In this document: piece by piece, positions 11,456 to 24,189 of the stretch
Numbering within the stretch: position 1 is the first letter of the stretch
Layout: the number at the start of each line of letters is the position of its first letter
Assembly (NCBI RefSeq): GCF_004010195.1
Contig: NC_057758.1
Coordinates: forward strand, 9,358,623-9,414,107
Source of the DNA: Chiloscyllium plagiosum
Lineage: Eukaryota
Reading direction: 5' to 3'
Length of the DNA stretch: 55,485 nucleotides
Translations under genes and position numbers: made by a program
The notes under the pieces: generated by a model
The model's input: only the letters and a program-made list of their open reading frames with translations
Database searches by the model: none
Told to the model about the DNA's origin: nothing

Positions 11456-13331
11456 CGAAGAACATAAGAACAAAGATAACATATAGCCTAGGAACAGTCC
11501 CTTCGGCTTTCCAAGCCTGAGCTGATCCAAATCCACTGTCTAAACTATCACTCAGGATCTGTAGCTCTCTGCTCCCACCTACGCATTCAACTGTCCAGAT
11601 GCAACTTAAATTAATCTTCCGTGCCTGCCTCGACTACCTCTGCTGGCAACGTGTTCCAGGTACCGACCTACCTTTGTGTAAAGTACTTTCCGCGTGTATC
11701 CCCCTTAAACCTTTCACCTCTCACCTTGAACGCGTGACCTCTCGTTACTGAGCCCCTCACTCTGTGTAAAAGCGTATGTCTACCGACCTTGTTTGCATCC
11801 TTCATGATTTTGTAGACTTCAATCAGGTCCCCCCTCAATCTCCTTTTTCCGAATGAAAGCAATCCTAACCTACTCAAACTCTCTTCATAGCTAGCACCTT
11901 CCATATCAGGCAACATCCTCGCAAACCTTCTCTGCACCTTCTCCAAAGCATCCACATCCTTTTGGCAATGTGACGACCAGACTGTGCACAGTATTCTAAA
12001 TGTGGACGAAAATACAATTTAACATGTCCCGCCAGCTTTTATACTCAGTACCCCATCCGAAGAATACAAGCCTATCATATGCCTTCTTGACCACTCTATC
12101 CACATGTGCAGTCACCTTCAGGGTACTATGAACCTGAACTCCCAGATCTCTCTGCTCATCAACTGTTCCCAAAGCTCCTCGGTTTACAGTATAGTTTTCA
12201 CCTGAATAAGACTTCCCAAAATGCATCACCACGCAGTTGCCTGGATTAAACTCCGTCTGCCATTTCTCCATGCAACTGTCCAGCTTATCTATGTTCTCTT
12301 GTATTCTTTGATAGTCCGCTATGCTTTCTGCTACTCCACAAATCTTCGTGTGATCTTCAAACTTACTGATCAAACTAGCAATGCCCTCTTCCAGATCATT
12401 TATGTATATCATACACAACAGTGGCCCCAGCACTGATCCATGTGGAACACAACTGGGTACCTTTCTCCATTTCGAGAAATTCCCTTCAACTACCATTCAC
12501 TGCCTCCTGTTGCTCAACCAGTTCTTTATCCACCTAGCTAGAACACGATGCACACCATGTGACTTCGCTTTCTCCATTAATTTACCATGGGGAACCTTAT
12601 CAAACGCCTTACTGAAGTCCATGTATATGACATCTACAGCTCTTCCTTCATCTATCAACTTGGTTACTTCATGCAAGAACTCTATTAAGTTGGTAAGGCA
12701 CTATCTCCCCCGCAAAAAAACCGTGTTGCCTATCATCGATAAGCACATTATTTTCCAAAATAAATCGATATTATCTCTCTGTACGTTTTCCAGAAACTTT
12801 CCCACCACTGACATCAGGCCCACTGGTCTGTAGTTACCTGGAATATCGCTACTACTCTTCTTGTTCAGGGGGACAACTTGAGCAACCCTCTAGTCTTCTG
12901 CCACTTCACCTGTGTTTAAGGATGCTGCAAAGATATCTGTCAGGAGCCCCATGTCTACGAGTATTGTAAAACTTACAAAATTGTGGTCACTATTCCCAAA
13001 GAATCACCCCCACCCCCACACACAACCCACCACCACCCCCTGCAACATCTACCAAGTGGCCTGGCTCATTCCCAAACACCATGTACAATATGGTCCCTTC
13101 CCTCATCGGACTATTGACATACTGCTCTAGAAAACTTTTCTGGATTGCCTTACAAGTTCCGCCCCATCCGATCCTCTGATATGAAGTGTATCCCAGTCAG
13201 TGCTGCGAAAATTAAAATCTCCCATCACAACACCCCTGTTGCCTCTAAAACTTTCCATAATCTGTTTATCTACTTGTTCTTCTACCTCACGCTCACTGGT
13301 GGCATCCCGGTAGTAGAGCCCCAGCTATGTA

Positions 13332-13484
13332 CCCACACCCTTCTTATTTTTCAGCTATACCCATACTGCCTTATTGCTCAATTTAGAACATAGAACATAG
13401 AACATAGAAGAATACAGCGCAGTACAGGCCCCCCACTCCCTTCTTATTTTTCAGGCATACCCATACTGCCTCATTGCTCAATTT
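13332..13484. repeat. 53-bp direct duplication flanking a 47-bp CR1 3'-tail insertion
   Basis: 13332-13384 matches 13432-13484; between them (AGAACAT)3..GTACAGGCC. Confidence 0.9.
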
Positions 13485-14439
13485 CTCGAAAGTATCCTCC
13501 TTTAGCACAGCCTTGATATCATACACGACCAGCAATGCTATTCTTTCCACCGTCCCCCCTTTTACTTCTCGACCTGTCCTGTCTGAAGCGTCTATATCCT
13601 CGAACATTTAGTTTCCAAACATGCTCTTCCTTCAACCAAGACTCTGTGACCTTAATATCGTCATACTCCCAGTGGTAACAGTCGCTGAAGGACCTGAACT
13701 GAAGGGAATTTATATTTGCCAGGAATTGGTGTTGGAGACACTGTTAGGTCTGAAGGCTGATAAGTCCCGAGGGCCTGATAGTCTGCATCCCAGGGTTCTG
13801 AAGGAGGTGGCTCGAGAAATCGTGGATGCTTTGGTGATTATTTTCCAGAGTTCGATAGATTCAGGATCTCCGTATTTTCTGCAGTAGCCTACCATGGGGA
13901 ACCTTATCAAACGCCTTACTAAAATCCATATATACCACATCTACCGCTTTCCCCTCATCAACCTCCTTCGTCACCTTTTCAAAGAATTCAATAAGGTTTG
14001 TGAGGCACGACCTGCCCTTCACAAAACCATGCTGACTATCCTTGATCAAAAATTTCTCGATAGTTTCCTCCTTTAGCACAGCCATGATATCATACACGAC
14101 CAGCAATGCTATTCCTTACACCGTCCCCCCTTTTACTTCTCTACCTGTCCTGTCTGAAGCGTCTATATCTTCGAACATTTAGTTTCCAAACATGCTCTTC
14201 CTTCAACCAAGACTCTGTGACCTCAATATCGTCATACTCCCAGTGGTAACAGTCGCTGAAGGACCTGAACTGAAGGGAATTTATATTTGCCAGGAATTGG
14301 TGTTGGAGACACTGTTAGGTCTGAAGGCTGATAAGTCCCGAGGGCCTGATAGTCTGCATCCCAGGGTTCTGAAGGAGGTGGCTCGAGAAATCGTGGATGC
14401 TTTGGTGATTATTTTCCAGAGTTCGATAGATTCAGGATC
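13480..14439. repeat. 389-bp direct duplication (13480-13868 / 14051-14439) flanking a 182-bp minus-strand CR1 RT fragment
   Basis: ORFs 13621 and 14192 share identical N-termini; offset 571; spacer encodes SQHGFVKGRSCLTNL..DFSKAFDKVPH. Confidence 0.92.
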
Positions 14440-15895
14440 AGTTCCTGTGGATTGGAGGGTGGCTAATGTTGTACCACTTTTTAAGAAAGGAGCGAGAGAG
14501 AAAACAGGAAATTATAGACCAGTTAGTCTAAACTCAGTGGTGGGAAAGATGCTGGAGTGTATTATAAAGGATGAAATTACGACTCATCTGAATAGCAGTA
14601 ACAGGATAGGTCAGAGTCAGCATGGATTTATGAAGGGGGAATCATGCTTGACTAATCTTCTGGAATTGTTTGTGGATGTAACTCTGAAGATGGACAAGGG
14701 AGATCCAGTGGATGTAATGTGCCTGGACTTTCAGAAAGCCTTTGATAAAGTCCCACATAGGAGGTTAGTGAGCAAAATTAGGGCGCACGGTATTGGGGGC
14801 AAACTACTGAATTGGATTGAAAATTGGCTGGCTGACAGGAAACAAAGGGTAGTGATAAACGGCTCCCTTTTGCAATGGCAGGCAGTGACCAGTGGGATAC
14901 CGCAGGGATCAGTGATGGGACCCCAGCTTTTTACAATATATAGTAATAATATAGAAGATGGTATTAATAGCAACATTAGCAAATTTACTGATGATACAAA
15001 GTTGGGTGGCAGGTTGAAATGTGAGGAGGATGTTAGGAGAAAACAGGGTGACCTAAGAGGTTAGGTGAGTGGACAGATGCATGGCAGATGCAGTTTAATG
15101 TGGATAAATGTATGGTTACCCACTTTGGTGGCAAGAACAGGAAGGCAGATTACTACCTCAATGGAATCAATTTAGGTAAAGGGGCAGAACAGAGAGATCT
15201 GGGTATTCTTGTACACCAATCAATGAAGGCAAGCATGCAGGTACAGCAGGTAGTGAAGAAAGCTAATAGCGTGCTGGCCTTCATAACAGGACGAATTGAG
15301 TAGAGAAGCAAAGAGATTTTTCTGCAGCTGGACAGGGCCATGGTGAGACTGCACCTGAAATATTGTGTGCAGTTCTGATTTCCAAATTTGAGGAAAGACA
15401 TTCTGGCTACTGAGGGAGTGCACTAGGTCAATTCCTGGAATGGCGGGACTACCTTACGCTGAAAGACTGGAGCGACTGGGCTTGTATACCCTTGAGTTTA
15501 GAAGACTGAGAGGGGATCTGATTGAGACGTATAAGATTATGAAAGGATTGGACACTCTGGAGGCAGGAAACATGTTTCCGCTGATGGGTGAGTCCTGAAC
15601 CAGAGGACACAGCTTAAACATAAGGGGTAGGCCACTTAGGACAGCGATGAGGAGAAACGTCTTCACCCAGAGAGTGGTGGGTCTTTGGAATGCTCTGCCC
15701 CAGAGGGCAGTGGAGACCCCAGTCTCTGGATTCGTTTAAGAGTGAGTTGGATAGAGCTCTCAAGGATAGTGGAATCAAGGGTTATGGAGATAAGGCAGGA
15801 ACAGGATACGGATTGAGGACGAATATAATGAATGGTGGTGCAGCCTCGAAGGGCAGAATGGCCTACTCCTGCACCTATTGTCTATTGTCTATTGT
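14241..15895 (+). mobile_element. 5'-truncated CR1 LINE (RT to 3' tail)
   Basis: GPDSLHPRVLKE, NYRPVSL, DFQKAFDKVPH, PQGSVMGP, KFTDD; (CTATTGT)3 tail. Confidence 0.93.
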
Positions 15896-18800
15896 CACCA
15901 ATCCAAACCATAAGTTCAACTGTCTTACTCACTGTACTACTTGCATTCAAGTTTATGCATTTCAGGACGCCAGTTCACCTGTTCTCTGCCTACTCTTCTC
16001 CTTGTTCATGCGAACTTCACGATCCTTACTGCCTCTAGTTTCCACCTCACTGCCTTCTCTTCTGGTTTCCAGCCCCCTGCCACATTTGTTCAAAACCTCC
16101 CCAACAGCAGTAGCAAAACTCCCCCATGGACATTAGTTCCAGTCTGGTTCAGGAGTAGACTATCCAATTTGCCCAGAACTGGTCCCAATGTCGCCCAAAT
16201 CGGAACTCCTCCCTCCTATACCACTTCTCAAGCCACGTGTTCATTCTGCCTATCCATTCACTTCTACCCTGGCTAGGACGTGGCACTGGTAGAAATCCTG
16301 AGTTAACTAATTTTGAGGTCCTCATTTTTAAGTTCTCTCCTAACTCCATGAATTCTGCTTTCAGAACCTCAAGTCATTTTTACTTGTATCGCTGGTGCCT
16401 ATATGCACCACGACAACTGGTTGTTCACCCTCCCCTCTCTGAATGCTCAGCAGCCGATTAGTGACAACCGTGAACCGAGAACCTGGGAGGCAACATACCA
16501 TCCGGATGTCTAGTTTCGGCCACAGAACCGCCTATCTACTCCCCTGACAAAAGAATACCCGATGACTATGGCCCAACGCATTTTTCCCGCCCTTCCGAGC
16601 AGCAGTGTTAACCCGGGTGCCATGATCCTGCCAACTGCTGCCCTCCCCTGGTGAGTCATCTCCCCTCACAATATCCAAAATTGTGTCTGTTTTGGAGGGA
16701 AATGACCGCAGGGAACACCTGCACTACCTTCCTACTCATTCTCTGCCTTTTGCCACTCATTCACTGTCTTCAGCAGCAAGTCTAATCTGTGGCGTGAGCA
16801 ATTCATGAAACGTGCTGTCCATGACATCCTCGGCATCGCGAATACTCCACAATGAGTCCAGCCAAAGCTCAAGAGCCGTCATGCAGTCAAACAAAAGCTG
16901 CAACCAGACACACTACTTGCAAGTGTAAGAGCCAGGGACGTCACAATGTTTCTGAGCTCCCACTGCAAGCAAGAGGCACATGTCACGCGTCTGAGACCTC
17001 TGGCCATTGTGAGCCTTCGCATTACATGACCTAAATAAAACCAAGCAATGTACATAAGTATATGAAAGGAGAAAAAAAAAGAAAACCTTACATTAAAGAG
17101 TCCTTTTCTTTTGGTTAGAGGAGAAGGAACTGAGGCGGAGATATGACACGTGTCGTATCTCGGGTTATGCTGCTGTCCAAATATATACTAAGCCCTTACA
17201 TTACGGGAAAGTTCCTGGTGTCCAATGTCACCTCCACTCTGTCTCCGACTGCTCCCGGGCAGTAAAAAGGCCGCAGGCTTCGAAGGTAAGTAGTTATACT
17301 AAGTCTTTACCTTCACAGCAACCTCCTGGCCTCCAACCTCACCTCTGCTCTGTCTACCGCTGCTCCCGGACCTTATGCATTTATTCACCTTTATGCACCT
17401 TAAGACGAACAGCACCCTTTCCTCTGTAATACGGACATGTTTTAAGATGTCATAATTGCGTTACCCATATTCGATATCTTCCCTATCCTTCTTCACAGTA
17501 AACACATGCAAAATACATGTTTAGTATTCGTCCCCGACCCTACAACCATCTCATGTGGTTACACACATAGGCAATATTGCTGAACTTTAAAGGGGTCCTA
17601 TTCTCTACCTAGTTAGCATTTTGTGCTTAGCATTTCTGGAGAATCCCTTTGGATTCACTTTAACCTTAACTGTCAGAATTATCTCATGTTCTGGGGTGCA
17701 GATCTCTGGCACAGCGTCTGTCCTTGCACAGAAGGGAAGCGGAGAACGTGGAGTGTGTTAGTCTTTGGTGACTCAATAGTTAGATAGACAGAGAGAAGAT
17801 TTGTTTGGAACTTAAGAGACTCATCGTTGGTGTATTGCCTCCTAGCTGCCATGGTCTGTGATATCTCGAATTGTGTCTTTGGGACTGAATAATCAGCCCC
17901 ACTTCGTGGTCCACATAGGTACCAACGACGGATGTAGAAAGTGGGATATAGATACAAGGCAGGATTTCAAGGAGTTCGGGTGGAAGCCGAGAGCGAGAAC
18001 TAAAAGAGTTATCTCTGGATTGTTACACGTGCCACATAAATGCGAGGCAAAGAACGAGGAGAGATATCAGCAGAACATGAGGCTGCAGGTATGGTCCAGG
18101 AGGGAGGATTTCAGATTAATGGATAATTGGGGCTCATTCTGGAGAAAGTTGGACCTGTACAATAGGACGGACTTCACTTGAACCAGAGGGGTACTCATAT
18201 CCTGGGTGGGAAATTTGCGGGTTCTATTCGGGTGGGTTTAATCTTGCTCAGCAGCTAGATGGGAAACTGTGTTGTAGTTCCAGTGGACAGGCGGATGAGA
18301 GTAAGGAGGACATGGACAGGATTTCACGATCACAGGAGTGTGTGGCAGGCAGAAAACTGCTTTGAAATGTGTCTATTTCAACGCCAGCAGCATCTAGAAT
18401 ACGTTAGGTGAGCCTGCAGCATGGACAGGTACCTGGGACGTCGATGTTGTGGCCCTTTCTGAACATGGATCGAACATCATCAGGAATGGATGTTGCAGGT
18501 GCCAGGGTTTGGATCGTTCTTTAAGTTCAAGGAATATGGTAAAAAAAAAGAGGAGGTTTCGCTTTGTTAGTCAAGGTTGGTGTAACGGTTGAAGAAATAA
18601 CATTTGATGAGGTCTCGCCAACTGAGGTGGTATGGGCTGAGGTTAGAACCAAGAGGGGAGAGGTCACACTGCTTGGAGGTTTTTTTAGGCCTCTGCAGAG
18701 TTCCAGGGAGGTGGAGGAGACGATTGGAAAAATGATTCTGGGTAAGAGTGAAAGGAACAGAGTGATCATTATGGGAGACTTTAACTTCTACAACATTGAC

Positions 18801-20860
18801 TGGAAACGCTACAAATCGAGTACATCGGATGGATCAGTTTTTGTCCAATGTATGTAGGAGTGTTTCTTGACACAGAATGTCGAAGAGCCGACAAGAGGGG
18901 AGGCTACACAGGATCTGGTACTTGGTGAACACTTTGGAGGGAGTGACCATAAAGTGGTTACTTTTAGTTCAGAGATGGAAAGGAGAGGGACCAGTGTTAT
19001 AGATAGGGAAAGGACAATTATAATGCGTTTAGGCAAGACACAGGAGGCATAGAATGGGACAGCAAAATGAATGGGATGGCGACAATCGAAATGTGCAGCT
19101 GGTTTAAGTTGCAGATATTCAGAGTCTTTGTCAGGTATGTCCCTGTCAGGAAGGGAGGAAGTGGTAATGCAAGGAACCGTGTATTACTAAAGAAATTGCA
19201 ACTCTTGGTAAGCAGGAGAGGGAAGCTTATGTGAAGTTGAGGTGAGATTGCTCAGATGAGGCGAGGTAAGTTACAATGTAGCTGGAAAAGATTTAAGGAG
19301 AGAGTGAGAAGAGCAAGGAGGGGATATGAGCAGTCTTGAACGGGTAGAATGAAGAAGGACACTCAAGCTTTCCATAGCTATGTGAGGAATAAAACTCGGG
19401 TTGCAATCGGCGTGACGAAATGAGAAGTTGTGTGGAGATCCTGTGGAGATCAGAGAGTTGAGAAGCGAATATGTCTCATCTGTTTCCACTCACGAAAAGG
19501 AGAATATTGTAGAGAAGGCTGAGATAAGGGCTATTAGAGTAGGTGTAATCAATTCGAGAAGTTGTGAAAGTAGATAAGACCGCTGTGCCGGTTGGCAGTA
19601 ATCCAAGAATTCTCTGGGAAGATAGGCAGGAGACAGCTGAGACTTTGACATTGATATTTGAGACGCCATTGTCTACAGGTTTAGTACAAGGGGACTGGAG
19701 TCTTGTAAATGTTGTGTCTTTGTTCAAGAAGCGCAGTCGAGGTGACCCAAGTAATTATAGATCAGTGAGCCTAACGTCTGATGAAGGAAAAGGTTTGGAA
19801 AGGATTTTGAGAGATAGGACGTATTCTCATCTAGCAAGCAACGATTTGATTGGAAATGTTTGAGAAGTTGACAAAGCATGTGAATGAGGGTAGGGCAGTT
19901 CACGAGGTGTACGTGGACTTCAGTAAAGTCTTCGATACGATTCCACATGGTACGGTAAAGGAGAAATCTAGCAAGCAACGATTTGAAGGTGATTTCGCAA
20001 TTTCGATTAGAAAGTGGCTTTCTGTGAGAAGGCAACGAGTGGTGATTGATGGAAAATACTTAGCCTGGAGTCTGGTTTCTGTGGTGTGCCACAAGGATTT
20101 GTTTTGGGACCTTTGCTGTTTGTGATTTTTATAAACGACTTGGATGGATGCATAGGTGGCTGGGTCAGTAAGTTTGGAGATGATACTAAAGTCGGTGGAA
20201 CTGTGGACAATGTGGAAGAATGTTATAGGTTGCAGGGAGACTTGGATAAACTGCAGAATTGGGCTGAGAGGTGGCAAATAGAGTTCAGTGCAGCGAAATG
20301 TGAGGTGATTCACTTTGTGAAGAATAACAGGAAGGAAGAATACTGGGTCAATGGAAAGACTTCTGATAGTGTGGATGAGCAGAGGGATGTGGATATCTAT
20401 GCACATTTTTACTGTAAGTTGCCACCCACGTTGACACTGCTGTTAAGAAGGCATACGGTGTGTTAAGCTTTAGTGGAAGAGGGATTGATTTCTGGAGTCA
20501 TGATGTCTGCTGCAACTGTTCAAAACACACTGCGTCCTCACTTGGAGTATTATGTGCAGTTATGCTCCCTATATTAGAGGAAGGATGTGGATGTATTGGA
20601 AAAGGTGCAGAGGAGATTTACTGGACTTTGCCTGGTATGAATCATCTGTCTTATGAGGAAAGGCTCAGGGAATTGGGTCTGTTCTCCTTGGAGAGACGTA
20701 GACTAAGTGGGATTAAATAGAGGCATACAAGATGTTCAGGTGATTCGGTAGGGTGCACATTGAGAATCTTTTTCGCAGATAATGATATCTGCTTGTACGA
20801 GGGAATGCACTGCACGAGGTGATAGTTGTGGTTCTGTTCGCCGAGCTGGGAATTTGTGTT

Positions 20861-20900
20861 GCAAACGTTTCGTCCCCTGTCTAGGTGACATCCTCAGTGC
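20861..20900 (-). ncRNA. Minimal type I hammerhead ribozyme motif (PLE)
   Basis: GCA-CUGAGGA-U-GUCACCU-AGAC-AGGGGAC-GAAA-CGUU-UGC; activity untested. Confidence 0.7.
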
Positions 20901-22689
20901 ATGGGAGCGCTTCTGTGATCTTTCCTCCAGCATTTGCAGTGGTTTGAACCTGCCACTTCCGGTTGTCAGTTCCAGCTGTCCGCTGCAGTGGCCGGTATAT
21001 TGGGTCCAGGTCGATGTGCTTATTGATTGAGCGCCATGCCTCTAGCAATTCCCTGGCTGTTCTCTGTTTGGCTTGTCCTATAATAGTAGTGTTGTCCCAG
21101 TCGAACTCATGTTGCTTGTCATCTGCGTGTGTGGCTACTAAGGATAGCTGGCCATGTCGTTTCGTGGCTAGTTGGTGTTCATGGAAACGGATCGCTAGCT
21201 GTCTTCCTGTTTGTCCAATTTGGCGAATACATTGTATAGGTGTTTTTCTTCCTTTTTTTGCAGTTCTGGTGTACTGCAGTGTGTTGTGGCCCTTTTGAAT
21301 AGTGTCTTGATGCAACTTTTTTGTGTGTGTTGGGGTGGTTGCTTTCGTAGTTCAGGACTTGGTCTGTGTATGTGGCTTTCCTGTATACCTTTGTGGTGAA
21401 TTCTCCATTCAGTGTTCTCTGTACCATCACGTCTAGGAATGGGAGTTGGTATGTAACGGCACTGTTCACCTCTATCGACAAAACCCTAGTCAGAGAAACA
21501 ATAGCCAACCTGCTGGACATACAGAACAGCCAATAAGACCTATGAACAAAGACTGCATATTCAAACTACTGGACCTGTGCGTCAAAACACACTTCACATT
21601 CAACAACCAAATATATGAACAAATCAATGGCACACCCATGGGCTCACCCATCTCTGGATTCATAGCAGAAGCTGTAAGGCAAAGATTAGAACAGTCTTAC
21701 CGCACATTCAACCCAAACTCTGGGTCAGATATGTGGATGACGCCTTTGTAATCATTAAAAACACAGAAATAGAGAACACACACCGGATCATCAACGCCAC
21801 ACTCACAGGAATCCGATTCACTGGAGAGGAAGAAAAGGACAACTAACTCCCATTCCGAGACGTTATGGTACAGAGAACACCGAACGGAGAATTCACCACA
21901 AAAGGTATACAGGAAAGCCACACACACAGACCAAGTCCTGAGCTACGAAAGCAACCACCCCAACACACACAAAAGAAGTTGCATCAAGACATTGTTGAAA
22001 AGGGCCACAACATACTGCAGCACACCAGAACTGCAAAAAGAGGAAGAAGAATACCTGTACAATGTATTCGCCAAAAATGGATACTCCCGCAATTTCATCA
22101 ACAGATGCCTAAGGGAAAGACAACGGAATGAGGACATGCCGCAACCCAAAGGACTAGCCACACTACCATACATCAAGAGCATTTCCGAACTGACAGCCAG
22201 ACTACTGTGACCACTAGGACTCATAACAGCACACAAACCAACAGCCACTGTCAGACAACAACTCACCAGGACGAAGGAGCCGATACCCAGCATGAGCAAA
22301 ACCAATGTAGTGTACAAAATCCCATGCAACGACTGCAACAAAACACTACATAGGACAAATAGGAAGACAGCTAACGATCCGTATCCATGAACACCAACTA
22401 GCCACGAAATGACACGACCAGCTATCCTTAGTAGCCACACACGCAGATGACAAGCAACATGAGTTTGACTGGGACAACACTACAATAATAGGACAAGCCA
22501 AACAGAGAACAGCCAGGAATTCCTAGAGGCATAGCACTCATCCACAGATTCTATCAACAAACACATCGACCTGGACCCAATATACCGACCACTGCAGCAG
22601 ACAGCTGGAACTGACAACCGGAAGCGGCAGAGACAAACCACTATAAATGCCGGAGCAAACATCACAGAAGAGCTTCAGGAGGCTCGCAA

Positions 22690-22729
22690 GCACTGAGGAT
22701 GTCACCAAGACAGGGGACGAAACGTTTGC
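22690..22729 (+). ncRNA. Minimal type I hammerhead ribozyme motif (PLE)
   Basis: GCA-CUGAGGA-U-GUCACC..GGGGAC-GAAA-CGUU-UGC; activity untested. Confidence 0.7.
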
Positions 22730-24189
22730 AACAGAAATTCCCAGCTCGGCGAACAGAAACACAACAACGAGCACCCGAGCTACAAATCGTCTCACAAACT
22801 TGAGGGGTGATAGATTTTAGACAGATATCGCAGATAGTTTCTTTACTCAGAGAGTAAGGGCGTGCAATCCCCTGCCTGATAATGTAATTAACTCTGCCGC
22901 ATTAGGGGCATTTAAACAGTTCTTGAATGAGCTTATGAATGATTTTAATGGGATACTGTAGGGTGATGGGCTTAAATTACACACAACATCAATGACCGAA
23001 GGGCCTGTTCTGCGTTGTATTGTTCTATGTTCCATGTCCCTTTTTGCTCTCCTAATTTCTCTCTTAAGCATACTTCCAGTGTCTTTATAATTTTCGAGAT
23101 ATTCACACGATCTCTGCTGTCGAAACCTGACATATGCTTCCTTCTCTTTCTGTACCAACATTAATTTCTCTATTCATGCCGCATTCCCGACACCAATCAG
23201 TCTTGTCCTTCACATTAACAGAAACGTTTTGTCTCTGGACTCGTGTTAACTCAGTTTTCAAGGTTCGATGGAATATAAAATGGAAGTATTGTTGAGAATA
23301 TGCCTAAATGAACATATCATATCTCTGATTGAATCAGCACTTCCTTGATATTAAAAGTCTGTGCCTTTTCAAACTGATTATACTGCGCATAACATGAAAC
23401 TTTCTCCTTGTGGCAATTCTTAGGTTTTCGAAACTTTGTCTAAAATGGTTTAGATATAGATTTCAATTTACAATCCTCTGAACTGAACTGAAGATTTAGT
23501 GATTAGAAATTGATTATCAATGCACAGTCACTCTTAAGCTTTGTTGCATCGACCTCTCCTCTGGCAAGGTTTGCTTTATTGTACTTTCTTCACCCACAAT
23601 AGGATTCAAACTGAAGATGTGAGAGATGTTTTCTGGGAAAATGTCTGCTGGATTGCTTACACATCAACAACCGCTCGGGAAAATTAGATGGAAATGATAT
23701 TTCGACAGATTGTAGTCTTGCGATTAATACAATTTTGGTGTCAGCTTTTATAATCCTCCGTGAGGATATATCGTCTCGTACTCTGATGTGATTGTTCTTA
23801 TATACCTCTGACATTCCATGCAGTTTAGCCATAAACATCCTCTGACACTGACAATAACACCAACATGCCGGTCTAAAGCTATCAAAAACATTTCTCCAAC
23901 ATGGTTTGATTTTGATCACAAACAAATGGTTATGAAGGCACTTGCCTCCATATGTGCAATTGCAGTTTCTGGAATATGTTCATTGAAGCCAACCTTTGCG
24001 AATATTAACATACTGGGTTTGAATATACATGTCTCCAGGACTGCATTCGTGAGCTTGAGGCTTTTGTTTTAGGAGTCGGTGAGAATATTAAAACAGAGTT
24101 TATGGACTTGTTCAACCTTGAATGAGAAACCTGCCCACATTTCTTTTGACTTGCAATTTTCTCGCCACTGTAGACTTTATTTTCAGAAA

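Larger units (their letters stand above)
11459..17370 (-). mobile_element. Long decayed CR1 LINE (3' tail, RT, APE endonuclease, ORF1 esterase region) with nested insertions
   Basis: ALEKVQRRFARM, PHGSVLGPLL..YINDL..KFED, EAVWVCLKNKKG (APE), LPVPR..MNTWL..W.RREEFRF..HWDQFW (SGNH-like ORF1); many stops and an internal deletion. Contiguity as one element is inferred. Confidence 0.8.
20813..22801. mobile_element. Penelope/Poseidon-like element with inverted structure (minus arm 20813-21450, plus arm 21450-22801)
   Basis: RT motifs GTPMGSPIS and YVDD (frameshifted), LPFLDVMV, GIY-YIG-type VVYKIPC..C..YIGQ and AREFLEA; the left arm is an internally deleted reverse complement of the right arm. Confidence 0.9.
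17700..23035 (+). mobile_element. Decayed near-full-length CR1 LINE interrupted by a PLE
   Basis: VVHIGTND (ORF1), IMGDFNF (APE), PQGFVLGPLLF..KFGDD (RT); 3' end resumes at 22801 and ends with a GTTCTAT-type tail. Confidence 0.85.

Noticed and set aside
13385..13410. (AGAACAT)n arrays here and at 28374, 39698 and 45028 as CRISPR-like or satellite repeats
   Set aside because: They are CR1 3'-terminal microsatellites with no spacers.
14192..15064. 290-aa RT ORF as an active or domesticated gene
   Set aside because: Truncated CR1 with a chimeric N-terminus, FTDD in place of FADD, and a downstream frameshift and stops.
23590..24072. Overlapping short ORFs and a minus-strand FITIC match to the receptor
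   Set aside because: No DRF or other flanking motifs and in-frame stops; chance match.
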